This document shows, in pieces, positions 37,561 through 46,818 of a stretch of 64,000 bases of DNA (position 1 is the first letter of the stretch; each line of letters opens with the position of its first letter). The stretch is from Nitrososphaerota archaeon (GTDB lineage: Archaea > Thermoproteota > Nitrososphaeria > PSMU01). The stretch covers positions 256,001-320,000 of the forward strand of contig PSMU01000001.1 in the NCBI GenBank assembly GCA_040290255.1, read 5' to 3'. The translations under genes were made by a program, and so were the position numbers. The notes under the pieces are model-generated. The model saw nothing but the letters and a program-made list of their open reading frames with translations. It made no database searches and was not told the origin of the DNA.

Positions 37561-37997
37561 TGAGCAAGGGCGCCAACGGCCTCTTCGCGGCCAGGAAGCT
37601 GGTGCTGATGAGGAAGAGGTTCCGGTGGTCGGAGAAGTGGTACAGGAGAAGGGTGCTGAGGCTAAAGGAGAAGGTGGACCCGCTGGAGGGCGCGCCGCAG
37701 GCCAAGGGGATCGTGCTCGAGAAGGTGGGCATCCCGTGCCGCCAGCCCAACTCCGCGGTGAGAAAGTGCGTGCGCATACAGCTGGTGAAGAACGGCAAGC
37801 AGGTCACCGCCTTTGTGCCCTGGGATGGAGGGCTCAACTTCATCGATGAGCACGATGAGGTGCTGGTGGAGGGCATAGGGGGGCCCATGGGCCGCAGCTA
37901 CGGCGACCTGCCGGGGGTGAGGTGGAAGGTGGTGGCCGTGAACGGCGTATCGCTCAAGGAGCTCATCCTGGGCAAGAAGGAGAAGCCCAAGAGGTAG
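37560..37997 (+). CDS. rps12: 30S ribosomal protein S12
   Basis: [28 protein letters not shown]. Confidence 0.97.
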   Translation: MSKGANGLFAARKLVLMRKRFRWSEKWYRRRVLRLKEKVDPLEGAPQAKGIVLEKVGIPCRQPNSAVRKCVRIQLVKNGKQVTAFVPWDGGLNFIDEHDEVLVEGIGGPMGRSYGDLPGVRWKVVAVNGVSLKELILGKKEKPKR

Positions 37998-37998
37998 T

Positions 37999-38595
37999 AT
38001 GGCCCTGAAGCTCTTCGGCAAGTGGGACTTCGAGGGGGTAACGGTGAACGACCCCGGCCTAAAGCGCGTCATAAGCCTGAAGCCCGTGCTCGTGCCCCAC
38101 TCCTTCGGCAGGCATGAGCACAGGCCCTTCGGCAAGGCCGCGGTGAACATCGTGGAGCGGCTCGTGAACTGGATGATGCACTTCGGCCGCTCCTCCGAGA
38201 GGGTCCCCAAGAATACGGGCCGCATGGGGGGCAAGAAGGCCAGGGCCATACGCATCGTCCAGGCCGCCTTCGAGCTCATCCACATCAAAACCGGCGAGAA
38301 CCCCATCCAGGTGCTGGTGAGGGCCATAGAGAACGCGGCGCCCAACGAGGACACCACGAGGATCGTCTACGGCGGCACCGTCTACTATGTCTCCGTGGAC
38401 GTCTCGCCCTTGAGGAGGGTCAACCTGGCGCTCAAGCACCTCGCGGATGGCGCGAGGGCCGCCTCCTTCAAGGCGCCCATCGGCATCGAGGAGGCGCTGG
38501 CCAACGAGATAATGCTCGCCGCGAGGGGCGACCCCAACAGCTATGCGATCAGGAAGAAGCATGAGATAGAGCGCATCGCCCTCGCGAGCCGCTGA
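37999..38595 (+). CDS. rps7: 30S ribosomal protein S7
   Basis: [43 protein letters not shown]. Confidence 0.97.
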   Translation: MALKLFGKWDFEGVTVNDPGLKRVISLKPVLVPHSFGRHEHRPFGKAAVNIVERLVNWMMHFGRSSERVPKNTGRMGGKKARAIRIVQAAFELIHIKTGENPIQVLVRAIENAAPNEDTTRIVYGGTVYYVSVDVSPLRRVNLALKHLADGARAASFKAPIGIEEALANEIMLAARGDPNSYAIRKKHEIERIALASR

Positions 38596-38637
38596 GCCTG
38601 AAAACGTATAAATACCTTCTGAAGCGTAGCGCCGGCG

Positions 38638-39963
38638 ATGTCCAAGAGCGCTAAGCCCCACCTGAACCTGGTGGTCACGGGCCACGTGGACCACGGCAAG
38701 TCCACGCTCATGGGCCACCTCCTCTTCGACCTGGGCGTGGTGGACCAGAGGACGCTGGAGGAGTACAAGCAGCAGGCGGCTAAGTTCGGGGCCGGCGAGA
38801 CGTTCATGTATGCGTGGGTGCTCGACACGCTTAAGGATGAGAGGGAGAGGGGCGTCACCATCGAGCTCTCCTTCCAGAAGTTCGAGACGGACAAGTACTT
38901 CTTCACGCTCATCGATGCGCCGGGGCACAGGGACTTCGTGAAGAACATGATCACGGGGGCCTCGGAGGCCGATGCCGCGGTGCTAGTGGTCTCCGCCAAG
39001 AAGGGCGAGTTTGAAGTGGGCACGCAGCCCGGGGGCCAGACGAGGGAGCACGCCTTCCTGCTGAAGACGCTGGGCGTGGACCAGCTCATCTGCTGCATCA
39101 ACAAGATGGACGATGATACGGTGAAGTGGAGCAAGGAGAGGTATGAGGAGTGCAGGAAGCAGATGGAGGACCTGCTGAAGAGGGTGGGCTACGACGTTAG
39201 GAAGATCCCCTTCATACCCACCTCGGGCCTCAAGGGCGATAACCTGGTAAGGCGCTCGCAGAACATGGGCTGGTACAACGGGCCCACGCTCTATGAGGCG
39301 CTCGACCAGCTGCAGGTGCCGCCCAAGCCGGTGGATAAGCCTCTGAGGATGCCCATACAGGACGTCTACACGATCACGGGCGTGGGCACGGTGCCCGTGG
39401 GCAGGATAGAGACGGGGAGGATGAAGGTGGGCGACACGGTCATCATCAACCCCCCCGGCCTGACGGCTGAGGTAAGGTCGATCGAGACGCACCACACGCC
39501 CATAGAGGTGGCCGAGGCGGGCGATAACGTGGGCGTGAACCTGAAGGGCGTGGCGAAGCAGGACCTGAGGCGCGGCGACGTCATCGGGTCCGTGAACAAC
39601 CCGCCCACCATCGCCAAGGAGTTCACGGCCCAGATCTTCGTCATCTACCACCCCACGGCCATCGCGGCGGGCTATACGCCCGTCCTGCACGCACATACCG
39701 CGCAGGTGGCCACGCAGATCGTGGAGATCCTGGCCAAGATCGACCCTAGGACGGGCGCGGTCGTGGAGGAGAAGCCCAGGACCATAAAGACCGGCGACGC
39801 GGCGCTCGTGAAGCTGAGGCCGCTGCGCCCGCTCTGCATCGAGACCTTCAAGGAGTTCCCGGAGATAGGCAGGTTCGCGATCAGGGACATGGGCACCACG
39901 GTCGCGGCGGGCGTGGTGAGGGAGATCACGGAGAAGGCCCAGCCGCTGCTGGCGAAGGCCTAG
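38638..39963 (+). CDS. tuf: Elongation factor 1-alpha
   Basis: GHVDHGKST, ERERGVTI, DAPGHRDF, NKMD, GRFAIRDMG. Confidence 0.98.
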   Translation: MSKSAKPHLNLVVTGHVDHGKSTLMGHLLFDLGVVDQRTLEEYKQQAAKFGAGETFMYAWVLDTLKDERERGVTIELSFQKFETDKYFFTLIDAPGHRDFVKNMITGASEADAAVLVVSAKKGEFEVGTQPGGQTREHAFLLKTLGVDQLICCINKMDDDTVKWSKERYEECRKQMEDLLKRVGYDVRKIPFIPTSGLKGDNLVRRSQNMGWYNGPTLYEALDQLQVPPKPVDKPLRMPIQDVYTITGVGTVPVGRIETGRMKVGDTVIINPPGLTAEVRSIETHHTPIEVAEAGDNVGVNLKGVAKQDLRRGDVIGSVNNPPTIAKEFTAQIFVIYHPTAIAAGYTPVLHAHTAQVATQIVEILAKIDPRTGAVVEEKPRTIKTGDAALVKLRPLRPLCIETFKEFPEIGRFAIRDMGTTVAAGVVREITEKAQPLLAKA

Positions 39964-40069
39964 CGCTCTTCCGGGCTAAGCCTTATATGCGCGGGCTGGA
40001 TGGGCCATCCAGCTTGCGCCGGGGCGCCTCCCACGCCGAGCTGAGCGGCGCCCGCGCGGCCGCGCGGGC

Positions 40070-40918
40070 ATGGCCCACATAGAACTGCGAGGGCTGAGCT
40101 TCAGGTATGCCGGCGCCCGCCGCTGGGCGCTGCGCGATGTATCGCTCAGCATAGAGAGGGGCGAGGTCGTGGCCCTCGTGGGGCCCAGCGGGGGAGGGAA
40201 GACGACGCTGCTCCGCTGCCTCAACGGGCTCATCCCGCATTTTTACGCCGGGGAGTACAGGGGAAGCGTCCTCATCGATGGGCTCGAGGTGGCAAAGGCC
40301 CCCATGCACGAAGCGGCCGCGAGGGTGGGGCTGCTCTTCCAGGAGCCCGAGCACCAGCTCTTCATGTTCACGGTGGAGGGGGATGTGGCCTTTGGGCCCG
40401 AAAACCTGGGCCTGCCGCCCGAGGAGGTCAGGGCGCGTACCTGGGAGGCGCTGCGCCTGCTGGGCATCGAGCGCCTGGCGCCCAGGCCCCCCTTCGAGCT
40501 CTCGGAGGGCGAAAAGCAGCGCGCCGCCCTCGCGGGCCTGCTGGCAATGAGGCCCTCGGTGCTCGCGCTGGACGAGCCGACGTCCATGCTCTCGCCCAGG
40601 GCCGCGGCCGCCCTGCTGGCCCAGGTCTCGGGGCTGTGCAGGGCCCTGGGCCTCACGGCCCTCATAGTGGAGCACCGCCTTGAGCTGCTGGCGGGCCTGG
40701 CGACCAGGCTGATCGTGCTGGCCGAGGGGGAGGTGAAGGCGGATGGCAGGCCTCAGGATGTGCTGGCGCGGGAGGGGCTGGAGGAGCTGGGCGTGAGGGT
40801 TCCCGCCATCGTAAAACTGCAGGCCCTGATGGGCTCAGGGGCGCCCGCGCCAAGGCCCGCCCTTAGCCCTTGGGGCCTTGCCTCGCTGATAAGGGCGCGC
40901 GGGCATGATAGAGTTTAG
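40070..40918 (+). CDS. ECF transporter ATPase (EcfA)
   Basis: GPSGGGKTT, FQEPEHQL, LSEGEKQR, LDEPT. Confidence 0.92.
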   Translation: MAHIELRGLSFRYAGARRWALRDVSLSIERGEVVALVGPSGGGKTTLLRCLNGLIPHFYAGEYRGSVLIDGLEVAKAPMHEAAARVGLLFQEPEHQLFMFTVEGDVAFGPENLGLPPEEVRARTWEALRLLGIERLAPRPPFELSEGEKQRAALAGLLAMRPSVLALDEPTSMLSPRAAAALLAQVSGLCRALGLTALIVEHRLELLAGLATRLIVLAEGEVKADGRPQDVLAREGLEELGVRVPAIVKLQALMGSGAPAPRPALSPWGLASLIRARGHDRV

Positions 40919-41735
40919 GGCCGTTCACTACATATACGCCAACGGGCAGGAGGCGCTCAGGGGCATTACGCTGCGCATAGGCGATGGAGAGGTCTTTGCG
41001 CTCGCGGGCGAGAATGGGGCGGGCAAGACGACGCTGCTCAAGCACCTCAACGGGCTGCTGAGGCCCACGCGCGGGGCCGTGTACGTCGATGGCCTCGACA
41101 CCAGGCGGGTGCCCGTGGAGAGGCTCGCGAGGAACGTGGGCCTGGTCTTTCAGAGCCCCGAGCACCAGCTCTTCTGCGAAACGGTCGAGCAGGAGCTGGC
41201 CTTCGGCCCCAGGATGCTGGGCCTTGCGCCGGCGGAGGTCAGGAGGAGCGTGGAGTGGGCGCTGCGCTTCTTCGGCCTGGAGGAGCTCAGGGGAGCCTCT
41301 CCCCTGGAGCTGAGCGAGGGCGAGAAGAAGCGCGTGGCCATCGCCTCGGTGGCGGCCTGGGACCCCGCCACGCTGGCGCTGGATGAGCCCACCATAGGCC
41401 AAGATGCCCTGTACAGGGCCCGCCTGCTAGAGCTGATACGAGAGCGGGCGGCGCGGGGGAGGACGACCATCATAGCCTCCCATGATATGGAGTTCCTTTG
41501 GTCGCTTCAGCCCAGGCTGGCGGTGATGGCAGAGGGCAAGATCCTCCGCGTGGGGCCGATCGACCGGCTGCTGCTCGATGAGGCCCTGCTGGAGCGGGCC
41601 GGGCTGCTGCGCCCCCAACTGCTCGAGCTCTACCTGGCCCTGGATCCCCGGCCCCCTCATCCCTTCAGGCAGCCGGAGGAGGCCCGGGCCTGGCTCCTGG
41701 GCCCGGGAGGAGGGCCACATGGTCCGCCTCGCTGA
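40905..41735 (+). CDS. ECF transporter ATPase (EcfA')
   Basis: GENGAGKTT, FQSPEHQLF, LSEGEKKR, LDEPTIGQD, SHD. Confidence 0.92.
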   Translation: MIEFRAVHYIYANGQEALRGITLRIGDGEVFALAGENGAGKTTLLKHLNGLLRPTRGAVYVDGLDTRRVPVERLARNVGLVFQSPEHQLFCETVEQELAFGPRMLGLAPAEVRRSVEWALRFFGLEELRGASPLELSEGEKKRVAIASVAAWDPATLALDEPTIGQDALYRARLLELIRERAARGRTTIIASHDMEFLWSLQPRLAVMAEGKILRVGPIDRLLLDEALLERAGLLRPQLLELYLALDPRPPHPFRQPEEARAWLLGPGGGPHGPPR

Positions 41736-42429
41736 GGCCTTTATCTTCAGGCGCACGGGCGCCCCGCTGCAGGCGCTGGATGCGCGGGTGAGGCTACTCC
41801 TCCTCCTGGAGGCCTTCGCGGGCGCGCTTTTGCTCCGTCCGCCGGCGCTGCTCGGCCTGCTGTTGGCGCTGCTGGGCCTCAGCGTGGCCTCTAGGGCGCT
41901 TCGGAGGGTTGGGGGCGCCCTGGCCTCCTCGCTCCCCTTCGCGGGGCTGCTGTTCCTGGCCGACCTCGCCTTTGGGCTGGGCGCCGGGTTGGGCCTGACT
42001 TCAGCGCTGAGGCTGGAGGCGCTCGTCGCCGCCTCGAGCCTGCTCTTCATCTCCCTATCGCCCGAAGAGGTGGAGGGCGTGATGGCCTGGCTCGGCCTGC
42101 CCGGCGGCCTTCGGCTGGCCTTTGCAGGGGCCGTCAGGTTCTTCCCGCTGCTGACGCTCGATGCGGGCAGGGTGCTCGATGCGCAGAGGTCCAGGGGCCT
42201 CAGGCTGGGCGGCGCCAACCCCTTCAGGCTGGCGAAGGGGCTCGTGCCCCTCTTGGTGCCGCTGCTGGCCGTGGCCCTCTCGAGGAGCCAGGCCGTGGCG
42301 GAGGCGATGGCGGCCAGGGCCCTCGGCGCGGCGCGCCGGCGCCCCGCTCCTGGCAGGCTCGGCCATCTGGACGGCCTCGCGCTGCTCGCGGCTCTGCTCT
42401 TCGCCGCCGCCCTTCCCTTCCTGGCCTAG
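41719..42429 (+). CDS. ECF transporter T component
   Basis: LDARVR, RFFP, AQRSRG, AMAARA motifs; hydrophobic. Confidence 0.88.
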   Translation: MVRLAEAFIFRRTGAPLQALDARVRLLLLLEAFAGALLLRPPALLGLLLALLGLSVASRALRRVGGALASSLPFAGLLFLADLAFGLGAGLGLTSALRLEALVAASSLLFISLSPEEVEGVMAWLGLPGGLRLAFAGAVRFFPLLTLDAGRVLDAQRSRGLRLGGANPFRLAKGLVPLLVPLLAVALSRSQAVAEAMAARALGAARRRPAPGRLGHLDGLALLAALLFAAALPFLA

Positions 42430-43076
42430 GGGGGCGTATCGTAGGGCGGCCCCTCGTACTTCCAGGCGACGATCATGCCGTCATCGAGCAGGAAGAGGTC
42501 GGGGCCCACGGGCTGCATCTGCCACCTTCCGCCCGTGAAGACCCAGGAGATCCAGTACCAACCCTTCTTGGTGAAGGGGTTGCCGGGGGCCCCCACGCCG
42601 TTGATGGCGAGCACGAAGTGGGAGCCATATTGGGGATACCAGCTCGCGTTCACGTTGCCCCCGGTGATGAGCAGCGTGAGGTCATAGAAGCTGGCCCCCA
42701 GGCTCACGGACGTGCCGTTGAACCAGGCCCTGGTGCCGTTGCCGTAGTCGATCAGGAGGCTGACGGAGATGTTGAGCCTCAGCGCCCGGTAGGTCGCGCT
42801 GATGTTCTGGAGGAGCGAGACGAGCTGCGCGTACTGGGGCGAGGAGGTATTCGCGGTGGCGAGGATGGGCAGCAGCAGGCCGCTGGCGTTGGCATATAGG
42901 GACCGGAGCCTCTGCTGTGTCTCCCTAAGCAGGCCCAGATCCCTCTGGTAGCGCGCCTGCAGCGAGGAGTACTGCACATAATAGTAGGCCGCCAGGCTGG
43001 CGCTGACCACGAGCAGCGCCACGGCGAGGAGCGCCAGCGAGGGCCAGAGCCTTGCGCTACGGGAGCCCATGTCCAT
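42426..43076 (-). CDS. Membrane-anchored DUF4430/transcobalamin-C-terminal-like protein
   Basis: N-terminal TM, coiled stalk, YGSHFVLAINGV..YW.SW...VGPD...L.DG..V.W.Y. Confidence 0.7.
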   Translation of the reverse strand: MDMGSRSARLWPSLALLAVALLVVSASLAAYYYVQYSSLQARYQRDLGLLRETQQRLRSLYANASGLLLPILATANTSSPQYAQLVSLLQNISATYRALRLNISVSLLIDYGNGTRAWFNGTSVSLGASFYDLTLLITGGNVNASWYPQYGSHFVLAINGVGAPGNPFTKKGWYWISWVFTGGRWQMQPVGPDLFLLDDGMIVAWKYEGPPYDTPP

Positions 43077-43632
43077 CCAGCAGGGCCGCCTTGCCGAGCG
43101 GCGTCCTCCTGGCCGCCGCCACCAGCGCGGGGGCAAGCACGGCGAAGAAGGCAAAGTCGCTCAGCTCGTGGGCCACGGCGAAGGGCACGCCCAGGATGAG
43201 CACGGGCAGCAGGGGGCTGCCCAGGAGGAGCGCGGTGACGATGTTCGTCTCCAGGTCATAGGCGAACGAGAGCAGCAGGCCCAGGCTGCCGAGCTGAAGC
43301 GCCCTCCTTCCCGAGCCCACCTCGGCGGGGCGCCACTTCCTCCTGGCGATATACCCCCCCAGCGCGTAGAGCGCCTCGCCTGCCATGAGGGCGGGCAGGA
43401 TATAGCCCGCCGCCCCGTAGGGGTTGATGAAGCCGTAGACGAGCCATGTAAGGAGGGCCACGCTGAGGCCCACCCCGAGGCCGAAGATGTAGGAGGAGAC
43501 GAAGACGAGCGCGTCCATGGGCTTAACGTTCGGCAGGTTTATCAGCGCATAGTTCGTGGCCAGGATGAGCGCCGTGAAGAGCGCGATGACGGAGACGCGC
43601 TGCGCGGGCTGAAGGGAATATGGATGGCTCAT
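43057..43632 (-). CDS. ECF S component (CbrT-like)
   Basis: PNVKPMD, FINPYG, YDLETN, GVPFAVAHELS; about six TMs. Confidence 0.75.
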   Translation of the reverse strand: MSHPYSLQPAQRVSVIALFTALILATNYALINLPNVKPMDALVFVSSYIFGLGVGLSVALLTWLVYGFINPYGAAGYILPALMAGEALYALGGYIARRKWRPAEVGSGRRALQLGSLGLLLSFAYDLETNIVTALLLGSPLLPVLILGVPFAVAHELSDFAFFAVLAPALVAAARRTPLGKAALLDGHGLP

Positions 43633-43673
43633 CCAACCAGGCTGCCGGGCCCGGCTATAAAAGCTTAAGCCCT

Positions 43674-45023
43674 CTAGGCCAGGGGCTCCACCTTTATCGC
43701 TTCCGGCTCATAGTCCCGGAGCCTGCCCGCGAGGTACTCCTCATAGGCCTTCAGGTCCAAGAGGCCATGGCCGCAGTTGTTGAAGGCGATCACCTTGGCC
43801 TCGTTCTTCTGCCTGCACCTGAGCGCCTCATCTATGACGAACTTTATGCAGTGCGCCGTCTCCGGCGCGGGCAGCATGCCCTCGGTGCGCGCGAACAGCC
43901 TCGCGGCCTCGAAGACCTCTGTCTGGTGATAGGCCACGGACCTCATATAGCCCCTGTTGATCAGGTAGCAGAGCGAGGGGGCCTTCCCATGATACCTAAG
44001 CCCCCCCGCATGAATTGGCGGCGGCACGTATTTATGGCCCACCGTGTACATCTTGAGCAGGGGCGTGAGCCCCGCTTCGTCGCCGAAGTCGTAGGCGTAG
44101 ATGCCCCTCGTGGTGGAGGGGACCGCCCTCGGCTCGCAGGCCACGAACTCGGCCTCCGCCTTTCCCCTGAGCTTGTCCTGCATGAAGGGGTAGGCGAAGC
44201 CCGCGTAGTTGGAGCCCCCTCCAATGCAGCCCACGATCACATCGGGATAGATGCCCAGCCTCTCGAACTGCTTCTTGGCCTCTAGGCCCACCACCGTCTG
44301 GTGGAGCAGCACATGGTTCAGCACGGAGCCCAGGCAATAGCGCGTATTCTCGTGTGTGAGCGTATCCTCCAGGGCCTCGCTGATGGCGATGCCCAGGGAG
44401 CCGGGATGGTCGGGGCTGCGGGCCAGGATCTCCCTGCCCACCTGGGTTTCGCGGCTGGGCGAGGGGATCACCTCGGCCCCCCAGCTCTCCATCATGACCC
44501 TGCGGCCCTGCTTCTGCTCGTAGCTGACCCGGACCATGTAAACCCTGCAGCGCAGGCCGAAGAGCGAGGCCGCCATGCTCAGCGCGGAGCCCCACTGCCC
44601 CGCGCCGGTTTCCGTCACTATCCTCTCTATGCCCTGGGCCATGTTGTAGTAGGCCTGCGGGATGGCCGTGTTGGGCTTATGGGAGCCCGGCGGGCTGATG
44701 TACTCGCACTTATAGTAGATCTTGGCGGGGGTCCTCAGGTACTGCTCCAGCCTCCTCGCCCTCTTCAGCGGCGTGGGCCTGGGCACCACGCGTATGTACG
44801 CCTCCCTCACCTCTTCCGGTATCGGTATGTACCTCTCGGAGGAGACCTCCTGCGCCACCAGCTCCTTCGCGAAGATCCTGGTGAGGGCGCTGGGCTCGGG
44901 TGGCCGCTTCGTGCGAGGGTCCAAGGGAGGGGGGAGGGGCTCGGGCAGGTCGGCCAAGATGTTGTACCAATGCCTGGGCACTTCATCGGGGTCGAGCAGC
45001 ACGAGGTCCTCCTCCGCGGGCAT
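43674..45023 (-). CDS. trpB2: Tryptophan synthase beta-2 (TrpB2)
   Basis: [46 protein letters not shown]. Confidence 0.95.
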   Translation of the reverse strand: MPAEEDLVLLDPDEVPRHWYNILADLPEPLPPPLDPRTKRPPEPSALTRIFAKELVAQEVSSERYIPIPEEVREAYIRVVPRPTPLKRARRLEQYLRTPAKIYYKCEYISPPGSHKPNTAIPQAYYNMAQGIERIVTETGAGQWGSALSMAASLFGLRCRVYMVRVSYEQKQGRRVMMESWGAEVIPSPSRETQVGREILARSPDHPGSLGIAISEALEDTLTHENTRYCLGSVLNHVLLHQTVVGLEAKKQFERLGIYPDVIVGCIGGGSNYAGFAYPFMQDKLRGKAEAEFVACEPRAVPSTTRGIYAYDFGDEAGLTPLLKMYTVGHKYVPPPIHAGGLRYHGKAPSLCYLINRGYMRSVAYHQTEVFEAARLFARTEGMLPAPETAHCIKFVIDEALRCRQKNEAKVIAFNNCGHGLLDLKAYEEYLAGRLRDYEPEAIKVEPLA

Positions 45024-45049
45024 GCGCGGGGGCAGGGGCAAAGCTTTTT

Positions 45050-45075
45050 AATACATTGTTGCTCACAGTTGTACA
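45050..45075. promoter_or_regulatory. Three TRP-box-like hexamers at 10-bp period (AATACA-N4-TGCTCA-N4-TGTACA)
   Basis: In the divergent trpB2/regulator intergenic region, overlapping the TATA element; last box is the perfect TGTACA. Confidence 0.6.
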
Positions 45076-45078
45076 TTT

Positions 45079-45585
45079 ATGTGGAGAAGGGTCGAGGGTT
45101 ACTTCTCGAGGAGGAGGGAGGGCGTGAGGGTGGCCAGGGCCTTCGTGGAGCTGGGGCTCAGGGTGGGCAGGGATGGAAGGCCCTATCTGGGGGATGTGAG
45201 GGTGGGCGATTCCGCGCTGGCCAGGGCCCTGGGGGTGGACAGGCGCGTGGTGAGGAGCGTCTGCGAGCAGATACTTCGGGACCCGGAGCTCAGGTCCGTC
45301 TTCATGAAGCTCAAGCCCATAGGGGCCAGCCTTGAGCTCGTGGCCTCGGAGCTGGGCTATACCGTGCTGACGGTCTACGCGGACCCCCATAAGCCCGGCG
45401 TGCTGGCCGGCGTGGCCTCGGCGCTGGCGGAGAAGGGGCTGGTGGTGCGCCAGGCGCTGGCCGACGATCCGGACCTCGTGCCGGAGCCCAAGCTCACGCT
45501 CATCGTGGAGGGCCAGGTGCCCGCGGAGGTGCTGGCCAAGATCCATGCCCTGCCGCAGGTAAAGGCCCTGAAGGTCTCGAAGTGA
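45079..45585 (+). CDS. TrpY-like HTH+ACT amino-acid-sensing regulator
   Basis: ALARALGVDRRVV HTH, PGVLAGVASALAEKGLVVRQ ACT domain, DP.L..EPKL. Confidence 0.85.
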   Translation: MWRRVEGYFSRRREGVRVARAFVELGLRVGRDGRPYLGDVRVGDSALARALGVDRRVVRSVCEQILRDPELRSVFMKLKPIGASLELVASELGYTVLTVYADPHKPGVLAGVASALAEKGLVVRQALADDPDLVPEPKLTLIVEGQVPAEVLAKIHALPQVKALKVSK

Positions 45586-45587
45586 GC

Positions 45588-46784
45588 CTATATGAAGGCC
45601 CTGTACTCATCGCCCAGCAGGCCCTGGGCTATGCGCAGCTTGAGTATCTCATCGGTCCCCTCGTAGATCCTGGTGACGCGCACGTCCACCAGGTGCCTGG
45701 CCGCCCGGCGCGAGAAGCTGATGGAGGAGGGCCCGAGGAGCGAGACGGCGGCCCTGGCGGCCCTATAGGCGGCCTGAGATGTAAAGAACTTGGCCTGGGC
45801 GATGAGCAGGTCCGCCCGGCGCCTCAGCTCGAGGTCCTCGGGCCTGCTCTCGTAGAGCTGCTTCGCCTCCGCGGCCTTGTACGTGAGCGCCCTCCCCGCC
45901 TCTAGGTCCACGGCCATCTCCGCCAGCGCCGCCTGGAAGGGCTGCTGCCTCGCGAGCCTCCCGTCCCCCTGCTTGGCATAGCTGCTCAGCTCATCGATCA
46001 GGTCCTGCAGCACGCCCAGATTGCCCGCCGCCACGCTCAGCCTCCCATTCATCAGCGCGTAAAAGGCCACGTGCAGGCCCCTTCCCTCCTGGCCCAGCAG
46101 GTTCTCCTTCGGCACGCTCACACCCCTGAGCCTTATGTAGCCCGTATCCGAGGTCGGGATGCCTATCTTCTCGGTGAGCCTCATGGCCTCGACGCCCTGC
46201 TCCTTGGCATCCACCACGAAGGCGCTCATGCCCTCCCTCTTTCCCTTGGGATACGCGAAGACGATCAGCGCGTCGGCGATGGAGCCGTTGGAGATAAGGT
46301 ACTTCTCGCCGTTGAGGATATAGCGAGTGCCTTCCGCGGTGTACTCGGAGGAGAGCTCCCTCGGGTTGGAGCCCGCGCCCGGCTCCGTCAGGGCGTAGGC
46401 CAGCACCAGCTCACAGCGCGTCGAGGGGCTCAGGTACCTCTGCTTCAGCTCCTCGCTCGCCCACCTGAGCAGCGTGAGCTGGCCCAGCGAGGTGTGCCCC
46501 GAGAAGAAGGTCCTCGCTCCCACGCCCTCCCTTCCTATCCTCTCCAGCGCCAGCACATAGGCCAGGTAGCCGGCCCCCCTGCCGCCATACTCGGGCGGTA
46601 TGGGCATCCCGCCCAGCCCGAACCGCCGCGCGACCTCCACGACCTCCTCGTTGAAGTTGTGGGCCAGGTAGTGCCTCTCTTCCAGGGGCCTCAGCTCCCG
46701 ACAGGCGCGCTCCACGTCCTCCAAAAGAAGCAGCTCGTGCCGCTCAAGCCTCAGCCCCTCAGCGCCGGCGCCCTCCAGCCGCAT
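45588..46784 (-). CDS. Acyl-CoA dehydrogenase-family protein
   Basis: ALTEPGAGSN, NGEKYLISNG, GRLSVAAG, RIYEGTDEI. Confidence 0.92.
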   Translation of the reverse strand: MRLEGAGAEGLRLERHELLLLEDVERACRELRPLEERHYLAHNFNEEVVEVARRFGLGGMPIPPEYGGRGAGYLAYVLALERIGREGVGARTFFSGHTSLGQLTLLRWASEELKQRYLSPSTRCELVLAYALTEPGAGSNPRELSSEYTAEGTRYILNGEKYLISNGSIADALIVFAYPKGKREGMSAFVVDAKEQGVEAMRLTEKIGIPTSDTGYIRLRGVSVPKENLLGQEGRGLHVAFYALMNGRLSVAAGNLGVLQDLIDELSSYAKQGDGRLARQQPFQAALAEMAVDLEAGRALTYKAAEAKQLYESRPEDLELRRRADLLIAQAKFFTSQAAYRAARAAVSLLGPSSISFSRRAARHLVDVRVTRIYEGTDEILKLRIAQGLLGDEYRAFI

Positions 46785-46818
46785 GTGCGGCCCGGCCGCT
46801 CCGTGCTAAAAAGCTTGC

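Noticed and set aside
40000-40044. 14-codon uORF upstream of ecfA
   Set aside because: ATG is only about 12 nt from the TATA box, so it probably lies upstream of the transcription start
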